From the human T2T-CHM13v2.0 reference genome, Homo sapiens: a stretch of DNA of 64,000 nucleotides. The stretch is taken from the NCBI RefSeq assembly GCF_009914755.1, contig NC_060934.1. One strand, given 5' to 3'. The first letter of the stretch is position 1; each line of letters begins with the position of its first letter. Position numbers and translations under genes: made by a program. Shown here piece after piece: positions 17,111-31,800 of this stretch. The notes beneath the pieces are model-generated. The model was not told the origin of the DNA, ran no database searches, and saw only the letters and a list, made by a program, of their open reading frames with translations.

Positions 17111-19247
17111 CCAAACAAATTCTGGAACTGAAAAATACAATAACTAAATTGAAAAATTCACTATAGGATATAACAGCAGAAGAAGAAGTCAGTGAACATG
17201 AACACAGGTCATTTGAAATTATCAAGTCTGGAAAGCAAAAACCAAAACAACAAACAAAAAGAATGTGAGAAAAGGACAGGAAAATTATTTAAAGTAATAA
17301 TGACCAAAAATGTCCCAAATTTAAGGAAAGAGATAGATATACAAATCCAATAATTCAAACAATTCGAAGTAGGACAAACAAAAAGATAATCACACCAAGA
17401 CACCACATCCCCTAGTTGTTGAAAGACAAAGACAGGTTCTTGAAAGTGAAAAAAAAAAGCAACATGTCATGTACAAGGGATCTCAACAATATACATATCA
17501 GTAGATTTCTCCAGAGAAGCTTTGCAGGCCAAAAGACAGTGAGATTACATATTTAAAATGATAATAAAACTATAAACTGAACATTCGATATTGATCAAAA
17601 CTGTCTTTCAAGAATGAAGAAAAAATTAGACTAACCTAGAGAAACAAGTTGAAGGATTTATTACTAGACTTGTCACACAAGAGATGCAAAAGAGAGTCCT
17701 ACAAGTTGAAATAAAAGGATTCTACACAGTAACTTGAAGCCATACAAAAATATAAAGTTCTTTGGTAAAAATAAATAGATGAACAAATAAAAATAACAGT
17801 ATTACAGTAATTTTGTAACTCCACTTTTTATTTTCTACAGGATTTAAAAGACAAATGCATAAAAATTATGCATGTCAATGAGTATGCAATATATAAAGAT
17901 GTTATTTGTGGCATTCATAACGTAGTGTGTGGGTGGAGAGAAAAGTGGAGTTGTATACAATTGAAATGAAGTTACTATCAATTTAAGAGAGATTGTTATA
18001 ACTTTAGAATGGTAGATGTAAGCTCCATGTTAGTAACCACAAAGAAAATAACCATAAAATATACACAAAAGGATATCAAAATGTGTCACTATAAAAAGAT
18101 CAACTAAGCACAAAGAAAAGCAGTAATGAAGAAAATGAGGAATAAAAGGCTATAAAACATACAGAAAACAAAGCACAAAACAGCAAAAATAAGTGCTTTC
18201 CTATACTTTAAATGTAAATGGAATAAAGTCCCTAATCAAAATACATTGGCAAAATGGATTTTAAAAAAACAATTCTACAATATATTATTTACAAGAGCAT
18301 CATTTTAGATTTAAGGATACACATAGGTTGAAAGTCAAACGTTGAAATAGGACATTCCATGCAAATAGTAATTAAAAGAGAGCAAGATTGTCCATACCAA
18401 TAACAGACAAAATAGCCTTAAATCAAAAATTGTTGCAAGACACAAGGAAGGATATATAAAGGTCAATTCAAGAGGATGTAATAATTACAAACATACATGC
18501 ACCAAACATGAAAGTTCTGAAATAAATGAAGCAAACATTGACAGAGTTGAAGGGAAAAATAGGCAACTTCAATATCCCATTTCCCATCATGCATTGAACA
18601 ACTAGAGAGAACATAAATAAGGAAATAGAAGACTTCAAAACACTATAGACCAACTGTACCTAATGGACACATACAAAACACCCCACCTAACAACAGCAGA
18701 ATACTCATTTTTCTCAAGTGTACAATAAACGTTCTCCAGGATAGACCATATATGAAGCCGCAAAACAAGTCTTTAAAAATAAAAAATATTGAAGTCATAT
18801 AAAGTATCTCTTCTGAACACAATGGAATAAAAATAGAAATTTGCAGCAGAAGGAAAAGTGGAAAATTCACAAATATGTGGAAATTAAACAACACACTTGT
18901 AAGCAACCAGTGTGTCAAAGAAGAAATCACACAAAACTAGAAAAACAACACATAAAATCAATGAAAGCAAGAGTTGGTTACTCAAAAAGATAAAAAAATT
19001 CAGACTTTAAATTAGATTTTAAAAAAGTGGGAAGACCCAAATAACTAAAATTAGAAATAGAAAAGATTGTAAGAGAATAGTATGAACAGTTGTACACCAA
19101 CAAGTTGGATAACCTAGATGAAATAGACAAATTTCTAGAAACAAACAACCTACCAAGACTGAATCATGAAGAAACAGAAAATCTGAACAGATCAGTAATG
19201 AGTAAGGAGACTTAAACAATAATAAAAAGCCTCCCAACGAAGAAAAG

Positions 19248-19941
19248 GACACTTAAGGTGATTCTGTATCTTTGCTATTGTGAAATAGTGCTGTGATAAA
19301 CATACAAGTACATGTATCTTTTTGATATGGCAATTTCTTCCCTTTGGGTAGATACCCAGTAGTGGTATTGCCAGATCAAATGGTAGTTCTATTTTTAGTT
19401 CTTTGAGAAATCTCCATACAGTTTTCTATAGAAGTTACACTAATTTACATTCCCACCAACAGTGTATAAGTGTTCCCTTTTCTCCTCACCCTTGCCAACA
19501 TACATTGTTTTTGTTTGTTTTACTTTTTAATAATAGCCATCCTGAATGGAGTAAGATGATATCTCACTGTGGTTTTTATTTGCATTTCTCTGATGATTGG
19601 TGATATTGAGCAGTTTTTCATATTCCTGTTGGCTATTTGTACGTCTTCTTTTGAAAAATGTCTATTCATGTTCTTTGCCCTCTTTTTAATGGGATTATTT
19701 TGTTGTTGAGTTGTTTGAGTTCCTTGTAGAATCTAGATATTAGTCCCTTGTCGGATATGTACTTTGCAAATATTTTCTCTCATTCTGTAGGTTTGTCTAT
19801 TTATTCCGTTAATTATTACTTTGGCTGTGTAAAAGCTTTTTAATTTAATTAATTCTCATTTGTCTATTTTTGAGTTTGTGCCCACAATATATCCACATAA
19901 CAAAACTGTACAGTACCCCTTAAATTTATACAAATAAAAAA
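19248..19941 (+). mobile_element. 5'-inverted L1MA/L1PB-type insertion: minus segment ~19248-19878, plus 3' end ~19881-19941
   Basis: Reverse ORF2-end sequence joined to caatatatccacataacaaaactgtacagtaccccttaaatttatacaaataaaaaa. Confidence 0.7.
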
Positions 19942-21175
19942 TTTTTAAAAAGACTTTCAACAAGGGTGTCAAAACTATTCAATGGGGAAAGTCTTTTCAA
20001 AAATGTTGTTGGGAAAACAAATGGTGTTGGATGTTCACATGCAAAAGATTACATTTGAATTCCTACCTTACACCATATGCAAAAATGTAACTCAAAATGG
20101 ATTAAAGACCTAACCATAAGACCTGAAACTATAAAACTTTTAGAAGAAAACATCCAAAGCACAATGTAGCTGAAGTTCTAAGCATGTTGAGTTTAGGTCC
20201 AGAAACAGACAAAGCAGCATTTAGTTTAGATTTTACAGGACAATAAAACAAAAGTGTTTCAGGCAAGGGTGCCAAATCTAGTTCACTTCTTGAAAACAGT
20301 TATACAAAGGGGCTTCCACATGAAAGGAGATAGAAAAACATTACTACTAAAGGTTGCCTGTGGCTGCTTCTTATATGAAGCTGTGTGCCTAGAGAGATCA
20401 AGTTGGACCCAACCTTCTGACCAGAAACTGAGCAAGGGATAAGGAAGATTTCACACTCGGGGTAGTTGCTAAAGCAGGGGCTTGTTGGGTAGAAAAGCGG
20501 GCATGCTGGAAAAGGACAGTCTGCCTGAAAGAAGATGAAAGAAGAGAAAACAGCCACACTTTGATGGACACAGCATATCAAATTTGACATCAGAATAATT
20601 CCTAAGCACAGATATAATCATCGTAAGTGATTCTCTCACACAGGAATTTTGCTCAGTAAGAAAGCTGGGTGGCCAGGCTGGAAAATGGAGAGGGATTTCT
20701 GAATTCCACTGTCTCTTAGTCTTATGATCTCATGGGTCTCTACTGGTGGTGTTGAAGCTCCACAACCTCAAAGTCTCTGCAGTCCCACATTTTGGTGTGC
20801 TGTCCCTCAGTCCCACTGTCCCACATTCTGATCTCACAGTTTCACACATGGACACTCCCATGGACTTCAAGTCTCCCAGCCCTGTGTACTCAATGATGTT
20901 GCAGCTCTGCAATTATGCATTCTCACAGTAGAACAGTCTCACGGTTAAGCAGCCCCGTGACCTCAGTTTTGTTGGCCAATTTGAGATTGGTGATCTCATG
21001 TTGATAATAATGGTAACTGGCCCAATTACATGAGTTTCTCCTGCAACATTCACCAGCCAGACTACAGTCATGGACAAGATGGATAAATGCTCTTTCCAGG
21101 GTTGGGAGTTCATTAGGCAGGTACCATGGAAAGAAAGAGAGTATATGGACTTGAGGGTATTTGAAATGCAGTGAG

Positions 21176-21238
21176 TGCTATGCAATATATCCATGGAACA
21201 AAACTGCACTTGTACCCAATTTATACAAATAAAAAATG
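21176..21238 (+). mobile_element. Very short L1MA-type 3' end
   Basis: gctatgcaatatatccatggaacaaaactgcacttgtacccaatttatacaaataaaaaa, same terminus type as 19885-19941. Confidence 0.7.
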
Positions 21239-24046
21239 CATAATCAAAAAAATGGAGCAAGTACAATGATAGATCATGGAACAAATGTGTGCAATGAGGG
21301 AACCGAAGATAGCAAAAGGCTGGTGGATGGAAAAAACAGTGAGGTCAATGGGCAGGGAGCCTGATGGGGTCACAGTGCAATGGGAGTGCTTAAGCAAGTG
21401 AACTGGAAGAAGAGGCCATCTGGGGTCCCAGTCAGGTGTCTGAGTCAATGAATTTTGACATGGCACAGTTTCTGATCTGATCACGACAGCATGCATTGTT
21501 TGATGCTGGGCACTCTTGGCTGAGGTGAATATAATGACATAATTTAATAGATGAAGTTATTAATTTAATAAGTAACTGAAAACTGATAACCAACTGTGCT
21601 TTCAAAATTAAGTGGTTAAGTGGTTTCATGAATAGCTAGTGGCTGGTACACAATTCTATATATCCCTGTTTAGAATAGGCAATGCTTTTCGTTGTAAGTT
21701 ACCATTTTGTACACTGTGTTACTCTTCTGTCAATTTCATCCCTTTGTAGACTAGCAGCCTCTATTGCAGCCCTCTGTGGAGTAGGGAATGGGAGGGCAGT
21801 AGTGGAGAGATAGGGAGGAGAAAGGAAAGTGATAGATTTGAGCTATGGCCAGTGATTCTTTCGGCTGTGCTCTGAAGACAGGCTTTTTAAGGCCCTCACT
21901 TTTGTTTGGACCCCTTATGTCCCCACTTGAAAATCTGGTATATATATATTTAAAAAAAAAAAAAACTTGTATTATCATTCGTTACTCTAATCTTTTAGGA
22001 TTTTAGGATCTGGGGGCCAGATGGGTGCATACTTAGAACTATTTGGTGACTGAAAATGACAACTGACCCCAAACAGGGAGGCAGAACCCAAATGCAGATT
22101 ACATTTTAAAGACGTTTTGGATTTAGAAAAAAAAGTTGATTATTTGGCACCATGTCATACAGCGATATATTCGACAGCCCAAACATGGCTAAATCAGAGC
22201 TTGTGTTTATAGCAATATTCCTAGCATGAAACTAAACCCCTCCACAAGCCTTCTTCTCAAAGTTCTCATTGGCTCCCTGATTGGGCATGGACCGTTGGGC
22301 AGCTGAAGTTAAACAGAGGGTGATGTCAAATTCCTGTCCTGTTTGATCAGCTGTGTTCTGTCACACCTGTGGTCAGGAAACTGGCCTCATCCATACTCAG
22401 TCCTCAACATTCCTGGCTAAATTACCCAAGCATGTATCCCAACCTCACAGAAATTAACTTCTCTTCTCTTTTGGGGAATCATTCTCAAATTCCTGACTGG
22501 CTTCTCAGTTTGGAGCAGAACTTTAGGTCACTGGTTTTCAAATTACTAGAGTTTTTTGTTTTTTTTTTTTCCTTCAAGATCAAAACCAGACATTGTCTAA
22601 ACAAGTAGCAAAATTAAGTTTAGGAAGGTTACAAGGCCAAATGATCTCATGGATATATATTACTGATTTGGAAGACATATTGAGTTTTCTTCCTAACCCA
22701 ACAACTGACTTATTATACATTCAGAGTATTTATTCTAAGATAAGAATACCTGTTTTCTATCTAATTCATAAGGAAATGGTGATGATACATTAATATGAAT
22801 TATACTATTACTTCTTATGAAAATGCAAATATAGTTGAACATCTTTTTTTTCTTAATAAAAACTTTTAAAAACTCATTAATGAAAGGAAGCAGAATTAAG
22901 GAAATTAAGCACTATCTTGCGATATTCACAAAACAAATAATATTAAAAATGCACTGATATTTAAGAAAAAATGTTTCTTACAAATGTTGGCAAAAGGCAT
23001 GAAAATAATCGTGTGATACGACACAATTAAATTTTTATATAAATTTTCATATTTTCAGTATCTTAATGTTCACGGAGCACAAATTTGAGTAGACTTTCTG
23101 CAGCAGACAGTTTTGCTTCTTAAGAACAAAGAATTTAATATATGGACTTTTACCAGATTCAGTTGCATTCTTTACATCACAACTTCATAATACTGAACAC
23201 CTGTTCAACTACCCTTTTTCTCCAAAAATGTGTTTGATCGTTCAGCTTGAAAGAAACAGTTTTACACTTCTATTTACAAATCTCTCACATTTTTCACAAA
23301 GCAGTTATTAGTTGAATCAGACTTACAGCTCTTGAAATTTACACATAACATCACTACAGAGGTCGAATCTTAGGATCTCTGTCCTTTTTAGCAATCTTAA
23401 TAGGAAAAAAGAACTTTTCTTAGACATAACACAGAAAAGATCTTAAATGGTAAATGTTCAAATAAAACTTCTTTAAAAATATGCAGATTATTTTTTATGA
23501 CTAGTTCACTTTAGTTTGACCTTCTGTTCTTGGGTTCTTGATAGACTAAAAAAGACCGTGCGGCTTTCTAAGTGAAGATGCTTATTTCCTGTCTTAAATT
23601 ATTTCGAGGTTTACAAAGTGATCTTTGTAAAACAGACTCTCATTTCACACTCCGATTTTCCTATCAGATAATGAATGGACCGATAATTTTTAAGCTGGAA
23701 AAACATATCTGTTTCACCTAGTACATTTTATTTATCACCAATAAGCTATCAATAACTATTACATACTTGCTTTCTCCAAAATGAAGTTTTAAACTTAACT
23801 GAAACACTAGTCTACCAACAAAAAGGTCAATACTTCTTATTACAAAAATCCCACATTCCATTTGTTTTATGCATTTAATAACAAAATAATTATAACACAA
23901 AAGCAATGTCAACTTACACTGTGAATCTTTATTTCTCTCAATTATCCTGTAATTCATTACTGAAGTCTTTGATTCTGCTACTTCGTTGCCTGGCTCAATC
24001 ACTGATAGGTAGCTTTAAATGTTTCCAACAAGAAAAGATGTACTAC

Positions 24047-24430
<384 letters not shown>

Positions 24431-25047
24431 TCACATCTTATTTTCTTAACACATACATCTGAAAATGTGTTCTAATGTGTATAACAATATAAAAAAACGG
24501 ATAACATCTGGTTTGAACAGTTGACATTTCACCATGTCCACACCACAGGGACACACATATACATGGTGAACTTAGGTTTCATGACGCCTGACAGACGTGG
24601 TAGGGGCCCTGAAGTAGCAACAGCTTGTCTAAAGGCGTAGCTGGTGCTTTCTTCCCTTTCATGTGGCTCTCAGCTATAATTAACAATGGCTGGTTTTTGC
24701 AGCATTACTGTCAGTGCCATTAATCCAAACAAAGACGTTATTTCAAAGTGATGCCAAATCCTATGACTCATAAGTTAATAAGTCTAAAGTTACTTGCAAA
24801 AGCATTGTAGTTGAAAACAATGTAGAAATGCTTCCGTACAAAATAAAAGGCAATTCTTTCCTAGAAAGCTGAGCCATTAACTTACCTAAATAGGACAGGG
24901 GCAGTGACGGGGAGAAAGAAAGGGCTATACTATTTGGTATGATCTCTTCTTCTAGTTCCACTGTTTTATTGCAAGCTGGATGCCCCAGCATATTCAAAAA
25001 ACATTTCCCATCCCTACTGTCCCTCAGAATTTATAACCTTATTAGAA

Positions 25048-25362
25048 GGCCAGGTGTGGTGACTCAGGCCTGTAATCCCAGTGCTTTGGGAGGCCGAGGT
25101 GGGTGGATCACCTGGAGCCTGGAGTTTGAGATCATCCTGGGCAACAGAGCAAGACCCTATCTTGATCTGAAAAAGTTAGCCAGGCATGGTGGCTCAGGCC
25201 TGGAGTCCTAACTACTCTGGAGGCTGAGGCAGCAGGATTGCTTGAGCCCAGGAGATTGACATTGCAGTGTGCAAATGTGCCACTGTGATCCAGCCTGGGC
25301 CAAGAGTGAGACACCATCTCTAAAAAATAAATATTTAAATAAATAAGTAAATAAATACATAA
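25048..25362 (+). mobile_element. AluJ
   Basis: Alu dimer; TSD ataa(c/t)cttattagaa. Confidence 0.9.
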
Positions 25363-25766
25363 ATAATCTTATTAGAAAACAAGTTTAATCCATCTAAAAA
25401 TCATAGAACTTACAAAATATTCATTGAAAATGCTAAATTCAATATAACCAAGTGGGGAAAGTTTTGGATAGTGATATAAATACAACATGAGACCTCAAAA
25501 AAATTCCAAGTACACATAACCTCCACGGATATACATTTACATGTATCTTTGGTCATATTATTTCCCACTAATCCAAAAGGCAGTTGATCGTAAAATAAAC
25601 TATTATTTTATGTACCACCAAGAAAATCACCACTGATTAACCTATGATATAAAGTTACTGATAAAACAAATATATGGGGAGCTATGCTAAAATTTTTACC
25701 AAAGGGTCAGCAGTAACTATTTTCTCTCCCTGTGTGAAAGAACATTCTAGAAAGGCTTAAAAGAAA

Positions 25767-26044
<278 letters not shown>

Positions 26045-26480
26045 TCAAATGAAATTTTTGTTTCACTCAACCTCACTGTTCCTTAACACTGGAAACTTAA
26101 TTATGTAAATGAATTATGATATATCCATACAATATAATACTATATAGCCAAAGAAAATTAGACAGGCATATGGAAAGACATACAGAGAGAATTAGAGAGA
26201 GACTCACTAGTCATCGGTACGAAAAAAAAAAAAAACTGTTAGCTCTTAATATCAGTTATCCCCAAGTGCTAAAATTACAGGTGATTTTTTTAATTTGCTT
26301 TTCTTTAGTTTCTAAAACTTATATAATGAACATGTAAGCACACACAAACTCATTTAATTCTTGAGGTTTACAACTTTTCATAGCAGATGGCTTACAAAAA
26401 CAACTCTGTCTTACTTGCATATCTCAGACCTGGGCACCAAAACGATAGCCGCTAACTACATGTAACTATTTATACTTTTA

Positions 26481-26768
26481 TATTTTTATTTCCTATTTGA
26501 GATGGAGTCTAGCTCTGTCACCCAGTGCACTGGAGCAATCTTTGCTCACTACAACTGCAGCCTCCTGGGTTCAAATGATTCTTGTGCCTCCCAAGTAGCT
26601 GGGATTACAGGCATGCGCCACCAAGCCTAGCTAATTTTTGTATTTTTAGTAGAGATGGGGTTTTGCCATGTTGGCCAGGCTGGGTCTTGAACCCCTGGCT
26701 TCCAGCTATTCACCCGCCTCGGCCTCCCAAAGTGCTGGGATTATAGACATGAGCCACCACACCTGACC
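26481..26768 (-). mobile_element. AluS inserted in a MER3/MER33-like element (~26435-26920)
   Basis: Reverse Alu flanked by gatagccgctaactacatgt and tagccacatgtggctagt. Confidence 0.85.
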
Positions 26769-28049
26769 TAAACTTTAATTAAAACTGCATATAACTCAAA
26801 ATTCAGTTATTTGGCCCTACTAGTCACATTCCAAGCACTGAATAGCCACATGTGGCTAGTAGTTGCCGTATCTGAACAATACCTTTTCATCATCACGCAA
26901 AGTGCTATTAATAGAGTTGCCCTAACCATGGTTTGATTCAGATCTGTGTAAATAATGAGATGCTATTATTAAACAGTATAAATGTGCTTTCTTTCCTCTT
27001 GCCTTTCTGAGCACATGACCTCTGTCATATTCTACTCCTGAAGTACCCTTCTGCCTTGGAAGAATGTGATTTGTTGTAGAAGGACGCAAGGTGGGAGACA
27101 AATATAATATTCAGCTTCTGACCCTGAAAAATAGGACCTTTTAAGAAGAAACAGCCTTGCAAATCAGGCCACTTTCTTAAGGAAAGATGCTTTAAATTTC
27201 CCTCTCTCTCATTTCAAGCGTTCACTAGACAAGTGTCTTCAACATTTTGCTCACATATCCCAATGCACTTTTGAAAAGCTGTGTATCTTCTTCATCTCTT
27301 TTGAATTGACATCTAAAAATGTTCATCATGAATTTAGCCACAAAGATTTACTTTCTGATATTATACACGTCAATGAAATTTTGTCCCTGCATATTTAGTT
27401 AATTCAATAAATGGAAATATCTTCCTTATTACCTAATCATAAAAGCCAGTGCTCATTGTTGAAATAATCAGCCAAATTAGTAATCTGCTAGGAAAAGTCT
27501 GACTTTGATTTTTTAAATTCATATCAAGGTATTAATTAGGATCCCTTTGATAACTTTCTCACTTCTGGATTGAAATTCAAAGATATCAATGGGTAGGCAA
27601 TATTCAAATTCAAGTACATAGATTGATAGGTAATAGATGGATGATTGATTGAAAGATAGAGAGATAGATAAGCAGGCCATGCGTTTGTTGCCTGGATAAA
27701 ATAAGGAGGTGCCTCTTTCAGTATTCCTTTCTATTCTTGCTCTTCTGGTTTTGTTCTTCCTGGACTTGCCCTCAGGAATTAGGCATTCTAGAACCATCCT
27801 TTTGCTTGGTGCTCTAGAAATCTTTTACAGTACTCAGAGCAATGTGTTTATAGGATTAAGGAACAGTGAGAGCCAGGCCTGTCTTTTTTTCTCCATCTGT
27901 GCTTGTGTATGTGTACTCTTTCTAGATACGTAGATATATGTATATAGATATAGATATATAGATACATGCACAAAATCACACACACATGCCTCTTCCATGT
28001 TTATCACTTCTTAAACCTGAGCTATCTTCTGGATTTCATACTAGCCTCC

Positions 28050-28880
28050 TTCTCTTAATAGCTGAGCTTCTAGAAAAAACTATGAATCCTTTTTTCCTCT
28101 ATTTCCTCCCCTCAATTCATTTCTCGCTCCAGTGCCATCCAACTTAAACTCTCGCCTCTCAGTGGAAATGGCTACAACCACGACCGCCTAATTCCTGTAC
28201 TTAATGTACTCTTTTCACTTTTCAAGGGAAATTGTCTTCTTAGGGGTAAATAATACTGTTGAACATTCTCCCTCCCTCTTGATTTCTCTCCTTTCTTGGC
28301 TTTTTTGTAATCAAGTTCTCCTGGTTTTCCCATCCCCTTCCCACCCGCCTGCCTTCTTTCTTTACTTCACTCTGTCATTGGTGGTCTCCTCTCACTCCAG
28401 TCCTTCTCCCTTCCACCTACACTCAGACCTCCACTACCTCCTAAAGGCTAATGAGCCCTACTCATATATCTCCATCCAGAATTCTCTCCTGACATCCAGA
28501 TTCGTGTATTCAAATGACTGGACATCTCTACCTGGAGGAAGGCAACTCCATCATCTTTTCCTCAGACGATGTTATTCCCATGTTTGGTAAAAATTCTATC
28601 ATGTTCCTAGCTGTCAACATTAAAGAAAAAAAATCCAAAATTCAAACATCCAATCACTCACCAATTCCTGATTCTACTTTTCAATTCTTTCTTATATTGT
28701 CTCTTCTCTCCATCCACACTGCCATGGTGTTAGGTCAAATTTTAATCATTTTCATCTGAACTACTGTAATAGCCCAATTTGTCACCCATTCTTACATGGT
28801 TTATTTTCTAATTAGCCATGTGGCTCATGTCACTTTCTTGTTGACGATTCTTCAAATGTTCGTGTTGCCGCAATGATAAA
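28050..28880 (+). mobile_element. L2 remnants
   Basis: ctcctgacatccagattcgtgtattcaaatgactggacatctctacctgga and other pyrimidine-rich L2-type motifs. Confidence 0.6.
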
Positions 28881-31800
28881 TGCATACAAGAGAGGGCAGT
28901 TCCTGGTGAGAGATGTGATCAAGCAGAGATCTTTTTCAGGAGGCTGTCTTTCCTTTAAGACAAGAAGAGGGCTGGAGGCAGGGAGTATTCAGAGGGTAGG
29001 TGAAGTTCAAGAGAAATGGAACAGGAAGAAGCTCTTTCAGTAGCCTAGGATCTAGTTTAGACCTTGGGGCCAAGAGCAAAGAGAGAGGTGGGCTGGGTCA
29101 TGTTTTAGGCTGCTTGCATACGAGACCAGCCAGATATTCAGGAAAGAAAGCCCATGTGAGAATAATGAATATGAAAATACTGAAAAATCTTTTAAGCCCA
29201 ATAATAGATAATTAGATTTGGAGTTGAAATTCATAAGAAGACAGAACACACTTTACATATAATAATAGCACTAAGCAGAAATAATATCTATCAAAATGGC
29301 AACTCACCAATGATAATATTAAATTTGACATTTAAATATAGATTTTCAATGACCATTGACAGTTAATCAGTATCTATAACATCCTTTTTTAGGAAAGGGA
29401 AAGGACTTTAGTTATTATTATATTAGTTATGATTATTTAGCCATATTCATCTTAGTATTCATCCTCTCTACTAAATTTGTGGTTTTGCCAAATATATCTT
29501 CAATTTCCAAAAAAATCAGTTTTAAGCCTATGAATTTTTAATAACAGTTTATGTGAACCCTTAGGTGTTTCTGAGAATATTAATTTTAAAATTATTTCAT
29601 TCCTTACATTATCTCTGTTTCTTCTGAAGTCAGTTCTGCTAGTTCATGTGGGTGTGTGTCTTTAACATGGTTAGTATTCCTTAAATATATAGTGATCTTT
29701 GTTTAAATTTATGAATGAAGGACTGGACTGATTAGTTAAAGTGACTGATTAAGATTATCCTTCAAGGATTTGTATCAATCTTTCCCCAGTTGGCTTATTT
29801 CTTTCCCTGTAAACAATATTATTTAAATTTGGCACTTTAAAAAATATATTTGAACTTTAATAGGAATTATATTATATATCTATTTCTGCAAGTTTTTATT
29901 TTGTTCAACATATTTGTGATATGTATTGATATTGACGAATACATTGCCAAAATACATTGATTTTTCACTGCTGCAATGTATAACATAGTGTGATTCCAGT
30001 AAGGATTTGAGATCTTTTTAATTTTTTGGCTGTGATAACAAATGATTCCATTAATGGGTTTATAATAGGTCTCCTCTATTCCAAACACACATTACAATTC
30101 GCTTTTTAAAAAATATTATATTTAGGATGACATTTAGAGTCAAGTTAAATTTATTGTAGAACTATCCTTTATATAAAAATATTCAACAAGACCTAGGCAA
30201 GATGGCCAAATAGGAACAGCTCTGGTCTGCAGCTCCCAGTGAGATCGACACAGAAAGTGGGTGATTTCTGCATTTCCAATTGAGGTACCCATCTCATCTC
30301 ATTGGGACTTGTTAGACAGTGGGTACAGCCCACGGAGGGCAAGCAGAAGCAGACTGGGGCGTCACCTCACTTGGGAAGCACAAGGGATCAGTGAAATCCC
30401 TCCCCTAGCCAAGGGAAGGGGGAGTGTGGGACTGTGCCATGAGGAACAGTATACTCTGGCCCAGATACTACACTTTTCCCACGGTCTTTGCAACCCGCAG
30501 ACCAGGAGATTCCCTCAGGCGCCCACACCACCAAAGCCATGGGTTTCAAGCACAAAACTGGGGGGCCATTTCAGCAGACACCCAGCTAGCTGCAGGAGTG
30601 TTTTTTTCATACCCCAGTGGTGCCCGGAATGCCAGCGAGACAGAACTGTTCACACTCCTGGAAAGGAGGCTGAAGCCAGGGAGCCAAGTGGTCTAGCTCA
30701 GCAGATCCCACTCCCACGGAGCCCAGCAAGCTAAGATCCACTGGCTTGAAATTCTCGCTGTGAGCATAGCAGTCCAAAGTCGACCTGGCATGCTCAAGCT
30801 TGGTGGGGGAGGGGAGTCTGCCATTACTGAGGCTTGAGTAGGTGGTTTTCCCCTCACAGTGTAAACAAAGCCTCCAGGAAGTTCGAACTGGGCGGAGCCC
30901 ACCACAGCTCCGCAAAGCCACTGTAGACAGACTGCCTCTCTAGATTCCTCCTCTCTGGGCAGGGCATCTCTGAAAGAAAGGAAGCAGCTCCAGTCAGGAG
31001 CTTATACATAAAACTCCCATCTCCCTGGGACAGAACACCTGGGGGAAGGGGTGGCAGTGGGCACAGCTTCATCTAACTTAAACATTCCTGTCTGCTGGCT
31101 CTGAAGAGAGCAGTGGATCTCTCAGCACAGCACTCAAGCTCTGCTAAGGGACAGACTGCCTCCTCAAGTCGGTCTCTGACCCCAGTGCCTCCTGACTGGG
31201 AGACACCTCCCAGCAGGGGTGGACAGACACCTTATATAGGAGAGCTCTGGCTGGCATTTGGCAGGTGCCCCTCTAGGACAAAGCTTCCAGAGGAAGGAAC
31301 AGGCAGCAATCTTTGCTGTTCTGCAGCCTCCGCTCATGATACCCAGGCAAACAGGATCTGGAGTGGGACTCCAGCAAACTCCAGCAGACCTGCAGCAGAG
31401 AGTCCTGACTGTTAGAAGGAAAACTAACAAACAGAAAGGAATAGCATCAACATCAACAAAAAGGACGTCCACAAAAAATCCCCATCTGAAGGTCACCAAC
31501 CTCAAAGACCAAAGGTAGATAAATCCACAAAGATGGGGAAAAACCAGCACAAAAAGGCTGAAAATTCCAAAAACCAGAACATCTCTTCTCCAAAGGATCA
31601 TAACTCCTCACCAGCAAAGGAACAAAACTGGAAGAATGAGTTTGACGAATTGACAGAAGTAGGCTTCAGAAGGTGAGTAATAACAAACTCGTCTGAGCTA
31701 AAGGAGCATGTTCTAACCCAAGGCAAGGAAGCAAAGAACCTTGAAAAACAGGTTAGAGAAATTGCTAACTAGAATAATCACTTTAGAGAAGAACAGAAAT

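Noticed and set aside
22260-22380. Two ATTGG boxes and E-boxes suggesting a promoter
   Set aside because: No CpG island or supportable downstream exon; motifs too short.
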